Below, in pieces: positions 1-11,541 of a stretch of 64,000 bases of DNA. Position 1 is the stretch's first letter. Each line of letters opens with the position of its first letter. The DNA lies in IMG/VR virus record IMGVR_UViG_3300029305_003072. One strand, given 5' to 3'. The notes under the pieces are model-generated. The model did not search any database and was not told where the DNA came from. It saw only the letters and a program-made list of their open reading frames with translations. Both the position numbers and the translations under genes were made by a program. Origin of the DNA: a virus. Lineage: Duplodnaviria > Heunggongvirae > Uroviricota > Caudoviricetes.

Positions 1-1576
1 ACCAATATAACCCATAGCCAAAGTACCATGCTTCAAAGCCTCATAGTTAGATACTCGGCAGCTTTGAGAATCCTTCATTGTACCATTCTGATACATAAAA
101 GGTGCGGCCTCGGGTGGCTGATTAACCATAATATCGAAACGCTCCAAAAGACCTTGCTCACAAAGCATCAATAAATCCTCGAATGCAGACCAGAAGCCGT
201 CTAAATCCGGGGTCTCACGCTTGCCTAAACAAATTCCGTATTCAATACCTAATTTGGGCAAAATCATAGTATCAGGAACAAGGTTTCCACGACCGACACG
301 ATTATAAGAATCACTATGTCTGTCATAACCAAGCATTGTGCGGCAACCCATAGTTGCGAAATATGTGTCTGGATTACTTAAATCTTCATGTGCTTCAGAA
401 TAATCACAATTGACAAAGTTAGGATAAATGCGCTTACTCAAAGACTCAATAGCTAATTTCTTTAAATCATAGTTAGGGTCTTCGGGATTAGCATTGCAGC
501 CCTGCTTATATTGGAAAATACTAATTGGGAAAATAGGAGTTAAGTGATGTTTACCAATACCAGCCAAAGAAGCCTTTAACATATGTTCACTTACAAAGCG
601 ACCCTCAGTAGAAGTATCACGACCGAAGTTAATAGAAGTGAAAGGAACCTGGCTGCCCGCACGGGACTCCAAAGTATTTAAGTTATGATACATAGCCTCA
701 GAAGCTTGAGTTCCCTCACGCTCTAACTGCTTCAACGCATAGGTGAAAGCCGCAGGCATCTCTTCTCTTAGCTTATGATTATCCATAACGATAGGACCAT
801 GCTGACCAAGAATAATATCTGCATTTTCATCAGTCTGACCTTCAACATCAGTTAGATAATTGTGCATATGCTTACGGAAGCTCTTGGCTACAAAAGGTGC
901 TAAGTCATAGTCTGCGTGAACAGTTCCAACACCGCCGAACTGAACCTGAGACTGACACTGATAAACAACTGCATATTGCTGACAAGCAGTAGAGTAAGAT
1001 GCGGGTGGACGAATATCGCCGTTACGAGTTACGAAACCATCTTTAAATACTTTACCAAAATCAACAAACAAACAGTTATGTTCACCAATATTTGTCTTTT
1101 CCATATCATGCTGATATAATAGCATATCTTTGTGAGCAGAAGCTACTTCTGGAGATAAAGTATAATCCAAAGCGATAATCTTCTGAATGTCAGCAGAAGC
1201 TTCCTTCTCACGACCTGAGAAGCTCTTTTCATCAACATTTGCATTTGCATTTTCAACAGCAGTAGCGTCAATACGCTTCATAACTGCTTTGATTAATTTA
1301 CTGCGACGAGTGCGCTCTTTACTGCGCTGGTCACGATAAATAATATATGATTTGGCTACTTCTGGATATTCACTCTTCATTAAGTAGCCTTCTACTAAAT
1401 CTTGAATTTGTTCGACAGTCATATCGACCCCGCGACTACCAATCAAATCTGCAATTTCCTCTGCAGTGTCGGATTCATACACGGAGCCATATGCACTGAC
1501 CATTGCTTTGTTAATGGCACGGACAATCTTGTTAGGGTCAAACAAAACGCGAGTGCCGTCTCTCTTAATTACATGC
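1..1576 (-). CDS. nrdD: Anaerobic ribonucleoside-triphosphate reductase (class III RNR), N-terminal ~525 aa; the C-terminus runs past the window start
   Basis: Own translation of the minus strand from the ATG at 1576: MHVIKRDGTRVLFDPNKIVRAINKA is an ATP-cone, and a long uninterrupted reading frame follows. It is absent from the ORF track because it is truncated by the window edge. Confidence 0.8.
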
Positions 1577-1663
1577 ATAATAAAACCTCCATTTAAAAAA
1601 CTATATTTTGTGTGGGCGTAAAAAACCTCTTACTAAATATAGTGTTTGTGCTTAATCAATTAA

Positions 1664-2233
1664 TTACTTTTGTCCTTGAGCGAATCTGCGTCCGCTCTGG
1701 ACCAAAATCTCCTTGACGTTGTCTTCTAAGTCGCCTTCAGTATTGTTGATAAGACCGATATAACTAAAATCAATATCTTCAAAATCATTGTAATCAGCCT
1801 AAAAACGTCTTACAACTTCTCTAACGTCAGGGTCTTCTTCTCTGTTTAACTGGCGCAATAAACGAATCTTGTCATTGGTTTGAATCCAAAAGACAATTAC
1901 ATCACAATCCGGACGAGCCAAGAGAGACTCAACGCCTGTGGGATTGAATACGCCAATATTGATTACTCCATCGCTGCGGACGGAGTCATAGCTGGTGCCA
2001 TAGAACCAGTCGTTGAAAACGGTACACTCTAGCATCTCTCCATCAAGAACTTTCTATCCAAATTTTTCTGGAGTATAATAAAAATAATTGACACCATGTG
2101 CCTCACCCTAGCGCATAGGGCGAGTGGTACAGCTAATAATTTCATGGAGGTCAGGGTTGGCTTCTATTACCGCCTACATTGTACGGTCTTTGCCAGACCC
2201 AGCTTCGCCCATTAAGGCAATAATTTTGTACAT
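1664..2233 (-). CDS. Guanylate/nucleoside-monophosphate kinase-like protein, 189 aa, with 4 in-frame TAG codons
   Basis: P-loop GEAGSGKD and a TTRPMR*GEAHGVNYFYY block matching the GMP-kinase signature TTRxPRxGExxGxxY. Reading through the TAGs at 2170-2172, 2101-2103, 2047-2049 and 1799-1801 joins ORF 1799..2035 to its upstream and downstream pieces in one frame. Confidence 0.6.
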
Positions 2234-2457
2234 ATGTCAACTTCCTCCTCAAATTCGTATTCTAATTTGCCGGGAAGTTCACCCTCCCAGAATGTTGCAT
2301 GACCATCGCAATCGGGATTCTCACACTTATAAGGATATTGTGCTGGATAAGTAGTGAGACAAATGCCAGTGGGGATTAACTCCCCACCGCACTTATCACA
2401 AATTGCTCTGGTTGTATAAATATTTTTTACCTTATATCGTTTAAGCATCTTCCTCAA
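2212..2457 (-). CDS. Zn-ribbon protein, 81 aa
   Basis: CDKCGG...CENPDCDG cysteine pairs. Confidence 0.4.
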   Translation of the reverse strand: MRKMLKRYKVKNIYTTRAICDKCGGELIPTGICLTTYPAQYPYKCENPDCDGHATFWEGELPGKLEYEFEEEVDICTKLLP

Positions 2458-5400
2458 TGCCTCCTTGATAACGAGAGTCTTTCAAAATCAATTCTCCATT
2501 AGGAAGAACTGCATCAATTTTATATAGCTGGTGACCGCCCGTAGAAGCATATTTCTTAGACACGAAATCATCACCAGAACGAATACCAGTAACCACAATC
2601 ATATTTCCACGATTAAACCAGGATTTCTCCATAATCTTCTTCGTACCATCTGCTTGACGCTCAGAAATCTGCTTATCAAACATTGTGAAATATTCTTTTC
2701 TAAACTTGACATTTACAACACCTGTTGTAGTCAAAATAGTTACCGTACTCTTTGTCTTATTCTTTGCAATGCAAGTGCCGCAGATACGATTCAGTTTAAA
2801 GATATGAATATCTTTGCCACCCTTTGTAAAAGTCTTTTCAATTACTGGGTCTTCTGGTAGACTATAAAAGTCTACAAAACCATATCTATCATTATTGATA
2901 TGCTCCAACTCATGCTCGTGATAATAGAAACATAATACTTCCATTTCCCATGCGGAAATAGTTCCTTTAGCATATTTCTCCCAATCTTGCATAAAGATTT
3001 CAGTATTTAAAGCATCCAAGATAGCTTCCTTATCAGAGGCAATCCACTTTCTAAATACATCCATATGCTTCTGGTAGATATTATCCCAAGCCTTGGTTTT
3101 TACATACCAAGATAAGTTATCTGTTTCCATAATATCATCACATTCAATTTCATGTAAGAACGCAATCGCTCTTTCATCAAGACTATACATTCCTGCATAT
3201 GTATACTTATCAGCTTTTGTAATTGCTTTTAAGTATCTGTTGAACTCATATACTCTACGAGCCATAATCTGTTCAGGAGTCTTTTCAGGCAGAAGATTAT
3301 GTCTAATTAAACCACCCATATTCTGCAAAGTGATTCGACTCTTCTTATCACAAGTCTCCCAAATATACCAGGCCATAGTAAACTTTCTATCTTCCATACT
3401 ATCAAAGGCTCCACCCTTGATTAGAGAAATCATAGCTTGCTTACCAGGTTTAACCTTATTCAAGAAGTCCTTGGGTGAACTATATGGTCTATTCGCAATG
3501 ATTGCCGCAACCACATCATCACCTACATTTAACATACCCTTTAGACCGAATAGAATTCGATTGTTTTCAACATCGGGAGCGAAACCGAACTTAGACTTAT
3601 TAATGTCAGCTAAACTAACCTTAATGCCGGCGGCTTGGATGTCTCCAATCGCCTTTGCAATCTTACCATAATCGGTTGCCGCAGTTCTACGAATTTTCGC
3701 AGACTTATCGGGCAAGTCAATAAACTTAACTCCCTCTGCTAAATCTTGTGCTTCTGGAGCATAAATATCTACAATCTCTTCTTCACTATTATCTTCCAAA
3801 GAACCACTGTTAACAATCAAACAAGCAGTATTCCAATAAATTGGATTGAAATTAATAACGAAATAAATAGACTGAATACCTACGAATGAGTAAGGTAGAG
3901 AGTGGTTCAAGCTAAATGCATAACCCAACTGAGGTGCAATCGCATTCTCCCAGAAATAGTTTGCCACTCGAACGTCATCAAAGTTTCCATATACCTGCTC
4001 ACGCAATTGAGGAATCTTACTCATTTGTTTCTTACCAACAATCTTTCTTGCATTGTTAGCTTCACCCAGAGTGAAACTAGCTACATCCATTAGAAGTTCC
4101 ATCATCTGCTCCTGGAGAGCGCAACATCCCCAATACTGGTCACAATGCTTATGCATTAATGCTTTTTGTTCGGGAGTGAAGTTTGCTTTATCCATTTCTC
4201 GGTCGAAAACATCCAAACCTTGATGCTGAATACGAACATATCTATCCTGTTGAGACTCTTTATCTTTTTCAGACATAAGTCTCATCATAGCGTTCGCCGC
4301 AGTCATCTCCATAGGATTTTGAGGCTTTAATTTCTTCGCAATTGCCAAGCCGACGCCAGTACTGAACTGGAATACATCCAACACATCACCGGCCGCAAGA
4401 TGGTCCCAAATGCGTTGGTCGCTTGTATCAATCACTTCTGGATGAATATACTTATTATAAAGGTCACGCAGACCCATTTTTTCAATTACATTATCTTCAA
4501 CAAGTAACTCAAAACATTTGATAATCTTATCAGAAATTTCAGTTACCAGGAAGTCATACTTGGTATCACCGGCGGCCTCAGCCTTATGCAGGTCATAACA
4601 AGTAATTAAATCTCCACTTGGAGTTCTCATAAAACTTGCAGTTTCAAATGGGTCATCACCATATAGAATGACACCAGATGCGTGAGAGGAACGCTTATTA
4701 ACCAATCCTTCAATGGACATAATAATATCCAACAAACCAGGATAGTTGTTTACCTCACGTATGAACGGAGCCACGGGTCGTCTGTCTTTTTCTTCGTTTC
4801 CATAGACGACATCATTGATTGACCAAAGGAATCCTCGTTCCTGTGGCACCAGTGAAGACATGTATTGTGCGAGGTCGACATCGATTCCATCTGGGTAATC
4901 CTCGCTTCTATAACCGCGGCAAGCCGTGAGTATAGCTGATTTCGTACCCTCTGTTCCGAAGGTTGCAACCTGGACCAAACCAAGTTCTCCACGTTCTCTT
5001 CGAATTGCGTCAAAGATTGCGGGTCGCTTTGATGGTGCAAGGTCAATGTCGATGTCGGGCAATTCGGCTCTTTCCTTGTTAAGGAAACGCCAATAAGGTA
5101 AGCCCCATCTAACTGGGTCGAGCTGGGTAATGCCCAAGAGGTAGTTAGACAGAAATCCTGTGGCCGAGCCTCGACCTGGGCCAACAATTGAGCCACATTC
5201 CCAGAATAGGTCGATATAGTGTTTGAAGGTGTTAAAATAGGCGAACAAGCAGTCATCTAATTTCTCTCCAATATCTTTAATAACATCAGCCTCAGTCTCA
5301 AGACGAGTTAAGTATTCATCATATAATAATAAACCTTTTTCCTCTAAAGACTTTAGACACTCATTTATCCAATAACGCTCTTGAATATTATCGCTAGTTA

Positions 5401-6403
5401 AAAGTTCATTCAGTAATGGATGGCTAGAAAATCTCCATCGTTCATTTGATGCAGGATAATCAGGCAAATCAATCTTAGGAATCATTTGTTTTCTTTCAAG
5501 AGAATACTCTTGATATTTTAATCTCAATTGATGAGAATTATTTAGAATTTGCTCTGCGATTGTGCCATCACCGAAGCAATCCTTTAATAAATCATAAACC
5601 TCATCATAGCTCATCAGATGAGCAAACTCATAGAAGCTATCAACCTCACGTTCGCCGCCTTTTGAATTCAAATAAGATTTATGAACAAATCTATCTGCTT
5701 TTGTCAGATAATGAGAGTCAGTGCCCACAATGATTGGAATATCATATGCCATTGCGATACGATATAACTTGCGATTCGTTGCACACTGGTCTTCCGCAGT
5801 TGAAGGCGCACACTCAATATAGAAATCATCACCAAAAATATCTCTACAAAAAGTGATGAAATCACAAATCTGGTCATAAAAAACTTTTGCAGAAGCCATA
5901 TCATTTACAGTTTCCGCACACACCATATTATAGGCGGCCGTAGATAACTCTCCGCCCATACACGCAGTTGATGCTACTACGTGTCCTTTATACTTGGACA
6001 TAATTTTTGTCAGTTCCTCTTTAGTAATCGGAACACGTTCCATTCCTCGGTCAACATAAGAATTATACCAGGCGATAGAACTCAATTCACGAAGTGCTTT
6101 ATGTCCAATAGCATCTTTCGCAGTCAAGATAAAGTGATAATATTTAATACCATTTTCTCGTTTATCTACTAAATAAACCTCATTGCCAAGAGCGATAATA
6201 AAGTCAGGATGTTTCTTTTTAATCTCCTTTGCATATTGATTTACTTCCATATGTGCAGATAAACACTCATGGTCAGTAATCGCAATGCCAGACAGACCTA
6301 ACTCAATCGCTTTGTCAATGAGGTCTTTTGGTCTATTGATACAATCGAGCAAACGGATATTCGAATACATCGTATGATTATGTATGTTGAAATATGTTCC
6401 CAT
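2441..6403 (-). CDS. dnaE: DNA polymerase III alpha subunit (DnaE-type, N-terminal PHP domain), 1320 aa
   Basis: PHP motif HTMYS...GIAITDHE, long polymerase core, and a C-terminal OB region. RBS AAAGGA is upstream. Confidence 0.9.
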   Translation of the reverse strand: MGTYFNIHNHTMYSNIRLLDCINRPKDLIDKAIELGLSGIAITDHECLSAHMEVNQYAKEIKKKHPDFIIALGNEVYLVDKRENGIKYYHFILTAKDAIGHKALRELSSIAWYNSYVDRGMERVPITKEELTKIMSKYKGHVVASTACMGGELSTAAYNMVCAETVNDMASAKVFYDQICDFITFCRDIFGDDFYIECAPSTAEDQCATNRKLYRIAMAYDIPIIVGTDSHYLTKADRFVHKSYLNSKGGEREVDSFYEFAHLMSYDEVYDLLKDCFGDGTIAEQILNNSHQLRLKYQEYSLERKQMIPKIDLPDYPASNERWRFSSHPLLNELLTSDNIQERYWINECLKSLEEKGLLLYDEYLTRLETEADVIKDIGEKLDDCLFAYFNTFKHYIDLFWECGSIVGPGRGSATGFLSNYLLGITQLDPVRWGLPYWRFLNKERAELPDIDIDLAPSKRPAIFDAIRRERGELGLVQVATFGTEGTKSAILTACRGYRSEDYPDGIDVDLAQYMSSLVPQERGFLWSINDVVYGNEEKDRRPVAPFIREVNNYPGLLDIIMSIEGLVNKRSSHASGVILYGDDPFETASFMRTPSGDLITCYDLHKAEAAGDTKYDFLVTEISDKIIKCFELLVEDNVIEKMGLRDLYNKYIHPEVIDTSDQRIWDHLAAGDVLDVFQFSTGVGLAIAKKLKPQNPMEMTAANAMMRLMSEKDKESQQDRYVRIQHQGLDVFDREMDKANFTPEQKALMHKHCDQYWGCCALQEQMMELLMDVASFTLGEANNARKIVGKKQMSKIPQLREQVYGNFDDVRVANYFWENAIAPQLGYAFSLNHSLPYSFVGIQSIYFVINFNPIYWNTACLIVNSGSLEDNSEEEIVDIYAPEAQDLAEGVKFIDLPDKSAKIRRTAATDYGKIAKAIGDIQAAGIKVSLADINKSKFGFAPDVENNRILFGLKGMLNVGDDVVAAIIANRPYSSPKDFLNKVKPGKQAMISLIKGGAFDSMEDRKFTMAWYIWETCDKKSRITLQNMGGLIRHNLLPEKTPEQIMARRVYEFNRYLKAITKADKYTYAGMYSLDERAIAFLHEIECDDIMETDNLSWYVKTKAWDNIYQKHMDVFRKWIASDKEAILDALNTEIFMQDWEKYAKGTISAWEMEVLCFYYHEHELEHINNDRYGFVDFYSLPEDPVIEKTFTKGGKDIHIFKLNRICGTCIAKNKTKSTVTILTTTGVVNVKFRKEYFTMFDKQISERQADGTKKIMEKSWFNRGNMIVVTGIRSGDDFVSKKYASTGGHQLYKIDAVLPNGELILKDSRYQGGIEEDA

Positions 6404-6436
6404 ATGAATATCCTTTCACTTATTTATTATATAATA

Positions 6437-6465
6437 ATTATACCAAAATTTTTATTATAAGTCAA
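6437..6465 (-). promoter_or_regulatory. Sigma-70-type promoter TTGACT-N17-TATAAT (extended TG) upstream of dnaE
   Basis: Reverse complement of the +strand 6437-6465. Exact hexamers with a 17-nt spacer. Confidence 0.6.
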
Positions 6466-6467
6466 CC

Positions 6468-7658
6468 TTACGGTCTCACCCAAACGAGTTTTTCACTGGC
6501 ACGGGTTGCCGCAGTATATGCCCAGCGTGCATGCTCGGTCTTTTCATAAGGAAAACCTTCTTCATAGACCATTACCTTACCCCACTCAGAGCCTTGTGCT
6601 TTATGACAAGTAATACCATAGGCATAGGCGAATTCGAATGGAGGGTCAGGACATTTAGGATTTTTACGCATCTGGAACTCTTGCTTACCAGTTAAGAATT
6701 TCTCACCAGTAGTCAAAGAGGTATAATCGACGGGAATATAATTAAATACATCACCATTCTCGTCAATCATGTTTGTATATAAAATAGGAATTTTTTTCTC
6801 ACTAATCCAGAATGGAAGACTCATATCATAACGGTCAGTGCGCTGGATAACTCCAATAGTGCCATTAGTTAAAGGAGCTGGGTCTACAACTCCATTAGAG
6901 AAGAACTCCCATTGATTTCTCAAACTAATAATCTTATCACCAACTGCGGGTTCGGGTCCGAATCCTTTAATCTGGCGCATATTCATATTAATCGCATTTC
7001 TCTTTGCGTTAGTCGCACAAAGAATTTGGTCTGCCCAATCGTACATTCCAGTTACGATTTCTTCTGGCTTTACAAACATTACTTGTTGACCGGATGCAGG
7101 GAATTCGTTAAGAGGCTTGCCTTCACGAATCCACATAGAGAAACGAATAATTTCACTATCATATGCCTGTCGCATAATTTCATCCAAGAAAATATGCGGA
7201 TGGTCAAGTACATGATTATCACTATCCTTGTCGATGGGAGGTAACTGGAAGGGGTCGCCGCACGCAATAACATGAATGCGATGTGACAACAATCTCAACC
7301 ACATTTCTTTTGGAAGCATAGAAACCTCATCAACAATAATAACTTCCAACCCATCATCCAAGGAGGGTTTTGGTTCAAATTTAAAAGTGCCATTTGGCAT
7401 GGGTTTTGCTTTATAAAGCAATTTGTGAGCAGTAAAAGGATTAGGACACCCCTTCTGCTTTAACACTTGTGCGGCCTTACCAGTATATGCCACATAACAC
7501 ACTTGCTCGGGTTCTAGACCAAGGGCCGCAATGATAAACTTAATCAATGTAGACTTACCTGTGCCAGCGTAGCCGGAGATACAAGTGTAGGCTTCATGCG
7601 ACTTATAACGAGAAACCGCAATCTTTAATCCCTCTTCTTGTTTAGCTGTTAAAATCAT
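6468..7658 (-). CDS. SF1 DNA helicase, Dda/RecD-like
   Basis: Walker A GYAGTGKST, Walker B IIVDEVSM, and GDPFQLPP. Confidence 0.75.
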   Translation of the reverse strand: MILTAKQEEGLKIAVSRYKSHEAYTCISGYAGTGKSTLIKFIIAALGLEPEQVCYVAYTGKAAQVLKQKGCPNPFTAHKLLYKAKPMPNGTFKFEPKPSLDDGLEVIIVDEVSMLPKEMWLRLLSHRIHVIACGDPFQLPPIDKDSDNHVLDHPHIFLDEIMRQAYDSEIIRFSMWIREGKPLNEFPASGQQVMFVKPEEIVTGMYDWADQILCATNAKRNAINMNMRQIKGFGPEPAVGDKIISLRNQWEFFSNGVVDPAPLTNGTIGVIQRTDRYDMSLPFWISEKKIPILYTNMIDENGDVFNYIPVDYTSLTTGEKFLTGKQEFQMRKNPKCPDPPFEFAYAYGITCHKAQGSEWGKVMVYEEGFPYEKTEHARWAYTAATRASEKLVWVRP

Positions 7659-7933
7659 TTTATATCATCCTCCTGGTCATGCGCATGAACCAGTTGCTCA
7701 AGAGTCATATAGAAATGTTGTTTACGACTATTCATACGACGCTTTTCTTCAATTGGGTCAGTGCGCTCAACACGAGCCTTATATATGGCTAATTCATCAC
7801 ATACCTCAGCAAATCTGAAGTAAATACTATCAAAGCCAAAATCAAGCCTATCTTTACAGACTCGATTTAATTCGTCTCGGTCAACATAAACCTTATTTAA
7901 TTTTTCTACTAATTTTTGTGCTTCTCTATTCAT
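7655..7933 (-). CDS. Hypothetical protein, 92 aa
   Basis: ORF with a consensus promoter directly upstream. Confidence 0.4.
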   Translation of the reverse strand: MNREAQKLVEKLNKVYVDRDELNRVCKDRLDFGFDSIYFRFAEVCDELAIYKARVERTDPIEEKRRMNSRKQHFYMTLEQLVHAHDQEDDIK

Positions 7934-7955
7934 TTACATTCACCTTTTTATTTTT

Positions 7956-7984
7956 ATTATACCAAAATTTATATTAAAAATCAA
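7956..7984 (-). promoter_or_regulatory. Promoter TTGATT-N17-TATAAT (extended TG)
   Basis: Same architecture. Upstream of gene 7655..7933. Confidence 0.6.
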
Positions 7985-8432
7985 CGGTAAAATCCCATAA
8001 GGGTCGCTGTTGTATAAAGTCCTCACTATCAAGGTCGACAAAACCAGGTAAAAATGGATTTTGCTCAATTTGGGAAAAAATTTCTAAATCCCCTTTTTGA
8101 TTTGGGTTTTCGGTCTTCTCGTCCAAGGCCGACCGGAGCTCGTCTATTTTTATTTCATCTATATCAATTATTGCTTGTAATGCAGCATCTCGACTTTCAC
8201 ACTCATATCGCAAATCATGCAAGTCATCTTTAATAGCAGTAATCTCACTACTATGATATTCTAGACGAGAAAGAACTTCATTCATTCTTTTAATTGCCTA
8301 AGTCATTTCATAAGCCGTAACCCCAGTAGATGACATAGCTCGAGCCAAATCTTGTATTTGACTTGAAAATTGATTCATTGATGGTAGTTCATATACGGTG
8401 CCATTCACCGCAATTGAATGTAACTGTGACAT
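7974..8432 (-). CDS. Hypothetical acidic coiled-coil protein, 152 aa, with one in-frame TAG
   Basis: ATG at 8432 with an AGGAG RBS. MSQLHSIAVNG...AYEMT*AIKRMNEVL is in frame with ORF 7974..8285. Confidence 0.45.
8101..8148. repeat. 48-nt repeat, copy A (inside a coding region); its partner is at 63400-63447
   Basis: The two copies share 39/48 identities. Each contains a 5-bp stem, cggtc/gaccg here and cggcc/ggccg in copy B, with compensatory changes. Confidence 0.5.
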
Positions 8433-8460
8433 CTTATTTTCTCCTATAAATGAAAATAAT

Positions 8461-8487
8461 GGGAACATAATATTAAATTATGTTCCC
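8461..8487 (-). terminator. Hairpin (11-bp stem gggaacataat/attatgttccc) after the lysozyme gene
   Basis: Perfect inverted repeat with a U-rich tract on the minus strand. Confidence 0.45.
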
Positions 8488-8495
8488 TATTTATA

Positions 8496-9383
8496 TTAGC
8501 CTACGAAATACTCGTAAGCACGTCTTGCGTAATCTCTACGCACCCAACGATGTCCTTCGCCACAACGCTCATAATAACAAGCGAAAGCATAAGCACAATC
8601 TTCAGGAGTTTCTGCATTTATAATCTTATCGAGCTGACTGTCAGTAACCTGCTTAGTCACTCCATTAGTTCCATATAATTCGTCTTTTACGAAGTCAAGC
8701 TGGTTTTCAACACTGGGATTATTTCCATAGATTGAAAATAACTGCTGTTTGCGGCCGCCTAACCACTGAATCATACCAAAACCACTAGAACTACTTACGT
8801 CCCAGTCAAGGTCGGAAGTCCAGCAACCGCCGCATTCTGCCATCATGTTACCCATGATACCAGCGCAAACAATATCACTAAAACCAAGTTCATTCTTCAT
8901 ATAGAGCCAAGCTTGAGTGGCGACCGGATATTCCTCTGCGCGCCCTCTCCAATTCTCTTCCTCTTGGCGAATTAACTGTTGTTCGGTATAATACTCAACA
9001 TCTGCTTCAGCATTCTCGAAATCAGTTTTAGCCATGACTACCGCCGGGTGTTCTGTATCATAGCCCAAGAGCAATAATCCTTCATACACTGATTTTGTTG
9101 TATCTTTGCGAAAGATGGCATCTTCTAATGCAGTATTAGCCTCGTCTAATGTAGCAGGTTCGACACGCTCGACCTCTACAACTTCTAATATAATTATCTC
9201 TTCTTCTGGTTCGGTTTCAAGAACCGGTTCAGAAGGCTCAGAAGGGATGTAAGCTTCCGAAATAGTAGCAACTGGTTCAGTTGGTATAGATTGATTTGCA
9301 CTGGCAGTGATGGCAATCGTAGCAGCCAATCCTGCGAATAACAAGCTCAATATAGCAACTAAACAAATAATTTTTCTTTTCAT
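8496..9383 (-). CDS. Membrane-anchored phage lysozyme-like peptidoglycan hydrolase
   Basis: N-terminal TM/signal MKRKIICLVAILSLLFAGLA. C-terminal GIMGNMMAECGG...GMIQW resembles the phage tail-lysozyme family. Confidence 0.55.
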   Translation of the reverse strand: MKRKIICLVAILSLLFAGLAATIAITASANQSIPTEPVATISEAYIPSEPSEPVLETEPEEEIIILEVVEVERVEPATLDEANTALEDAIFRKDTTKSVYEGLLLLGYDTEHPAVVMAKTDFENAEADVEYYTEQQLIRQEEENWRGRAEEYPVATQAWLYMKNELGFSDIVCAGIMGNMMAECGGCWTSDLDWDVSSSSGFGMIQWLGGRKQQLFSIYGNNPSVENQLDFVKDELYGTNGVTKQVTDSQLDKIINAETPEDCAYAFACYYERCGEGHRWVRRDYARRAYEYFVG

Positions 9384-9422
9384 AATTTCCTCCTAATATT
9401 TCTATCAGGCCGTCATTATTTA

Positions 9423-11159
9423 TTAGAAATAGTATTTCTGTTCTCCTACGATTTCGTAATCTTCAATAATAATTTGTGGTGTTACCGTTCCATTCCAAAC
9501 GTTGCGCTCACATTTACCCACAACGTTGATAGTAATGCATCCGGATTCGGAGCGGAGTTTTTCATACTCTTCTTGTGACGACTTGAATTTGATTAAACTC
9601 GTGCCATTTGGCAAGGTTATCTTCAGAGTCGGACTCTTATCGGGCGACATTAAAACTACATTACCTGCATATACATTAATGTATTCAATCGCCACATAAG
9701 GTTCATCGACTCCTTGGCCCCATAAAGATTTGAGTTCAGCGATTTCAACAATATCTTTTCCACGGAAATCAGCACCATTGAAAATGAAATCAACTTTATA
9801 ACATGGGGTAAAGTCAAATTCTGCGAGTTCTCGATTAGAGTATTCAATAAAGGTTTTAAATGCTTCATCAGTAATGCCAACACCCAATGCGTTAGCATGG
9901 CCTTCGGCATACATGACTAAATCACTTTCCTTTAAGAATTCTCTTAGGTTATCAAATTTCGATTTATCGTATCCTCTTCCTGAACCCTCCCAGCCATCTA
10001 CTGTCTTATTTAGTAGCAGAACTGGTCGTTGATATTTCGCCATTAGTTGGTTTGCAATCAAACCAGTAAGGTTTCTATCGGCCGCAAAAGTATCTAATTT
10101 GACAACCAAAATCTTATTCTCTAACAGATTTTTTTCTTTGATTATGCGTTCAATGTTCTCCAAGGCTGCGTCTCTTGCTTTTGTCTGTCTATTTTTAATG
10201 TTTGTGCAATTACGACAAGCCTGCTCTACTCTTGTCTCCTGCTGACCCTTACATCCTCTCTTGGTTGATGGGACTAGTTCATATCCCCGATAGTCAAGCA
10301 TAGACTCGAATAGCATGAGCTTTTCTTCTTGCGTTCCCATTCGAATAGTGGCATTTACATAGGGAGCAATATAGAAAGCTACTCCAATAGGTGTGATTTC
10401 ACCTTTCAGCGAATACGCTTGTTTGTCTACCATACCTTTGAAGTATGGATTACGAATATTTTCAAGACCGCGTGTAATCAGATGTCTCGTTTCAAAATCT
10501 CGTAAGTCCATCATGTCGGCCACCATGCCCAGTGCGACCAAATCCAAATAATCATCTGCGTAATCAACATTGAGGAGTTCATCCATATAAGAACAGAACT
10601 TATATACCATTCCAACTCCAGACAAAGACTTGGTGGGATAATCACAAAGTTGATTGTTAATAATCACAGCATTTTCGGAAATTTTATCTGCTTCATGGTG
10701 GTCAATTACCAACACATCCACTCCTTTGGACTTCAACTGTTGATGTTCATCATAGTCATTAGAACTAGAGTCTGGTGCGATAACCAGTTTTACATCATCA
10801 GGGATGGTTTCCAAAAGAATTCCGTGTTGTTTCCCCGTATGGATACGATAGTAAATATTAGATTGCACAAAGCCGGGGAAAAGACGATTTAAATAGTTGA
10901 TTAAAGCGGCGGCTGAAGTATAACCATCACAGTCGCTATCAATCTAAATTAGAACTTTGTCACCTTGTGCAATGTGTTTCACGAGGACTTTTGCGCCCTC
11001 TGCGACATTCATAATCATCTATGGATTAAGAATATCTTCATCTGTTGTGTTTAAATAGTGTTCTACATTTTCGGGGTCAATACCTCGATTAAACAGCACC
11101 TGTTCGACCGCACTTAATTCTCTAGGCGGGATGCGAGATGCTAAAAGTTGATATTCCAT
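9423..11159 (-). CDS. recJ: RecJ-like DHH-family ssDNA exonuclease, 578 aa, with 2 in-frame TAGs
   Basis: DHH motif I KVLI*IDSDCDGYTSAAAL and VIDHHE. ATG at 11159 with an AAGGAGG RBS. The TAGs at 11018-11020 and 10946-10948 are in frame with ORF 9423..10868. Confidence 0.6.
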
Positions 11160-11223
11160 AGAATTCAACCTCCTTTCATGTAGACCACCAACTATTTATT
11201 TGAAAAATGTTTCAAATCAATTA

Positions 11224-11541
11224 TCACTCCTTGGCATGAAAAAATTCATAATGTCGAGGACCGTTATAACAAATCAAGGTTCTTTTAATAACGCAATCGA
11301 CGAATTCTTCACTGCACCGGGAGTCAATCCAAGCATAATTGGAGCGAATACCTCTACTAGACTCGCTAGCACTAGCAACTCTCCATATGTCGCCATTCTC
11401 AAACTCAACCCAAGAATTTTGACGAGAATAAACTTCTCTAGTAGGATTAATACCAGACCAAATATATCTATCTCTGATATATTTTAGTTTTTCAATTCCA
11501 TCACCCGCTCTATCATAAGACCAGATAACACCTTTCATCAT
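11224..11541 (-). CDS. Hypothetical protein, 105 aa
   Basis: ORF only. Confidence 0.35.
   Translation of the reverse strand: MMKGVIWSYDRAGDGIEKLKYIRDRYIWSGINPTREVYSRQNSWVEFENGDIWRVASASESSRGIRSNYAWIDSRCSEEFVDCVIKRTLICYNGPRHYEFFHAKE

Noticed and set aside
4750-5256. 168-aa minus-strand ORF inside dnaE
   Set aside because: It is an alternative frame wholly inside the DnaE coding sequence, with no independent signals.
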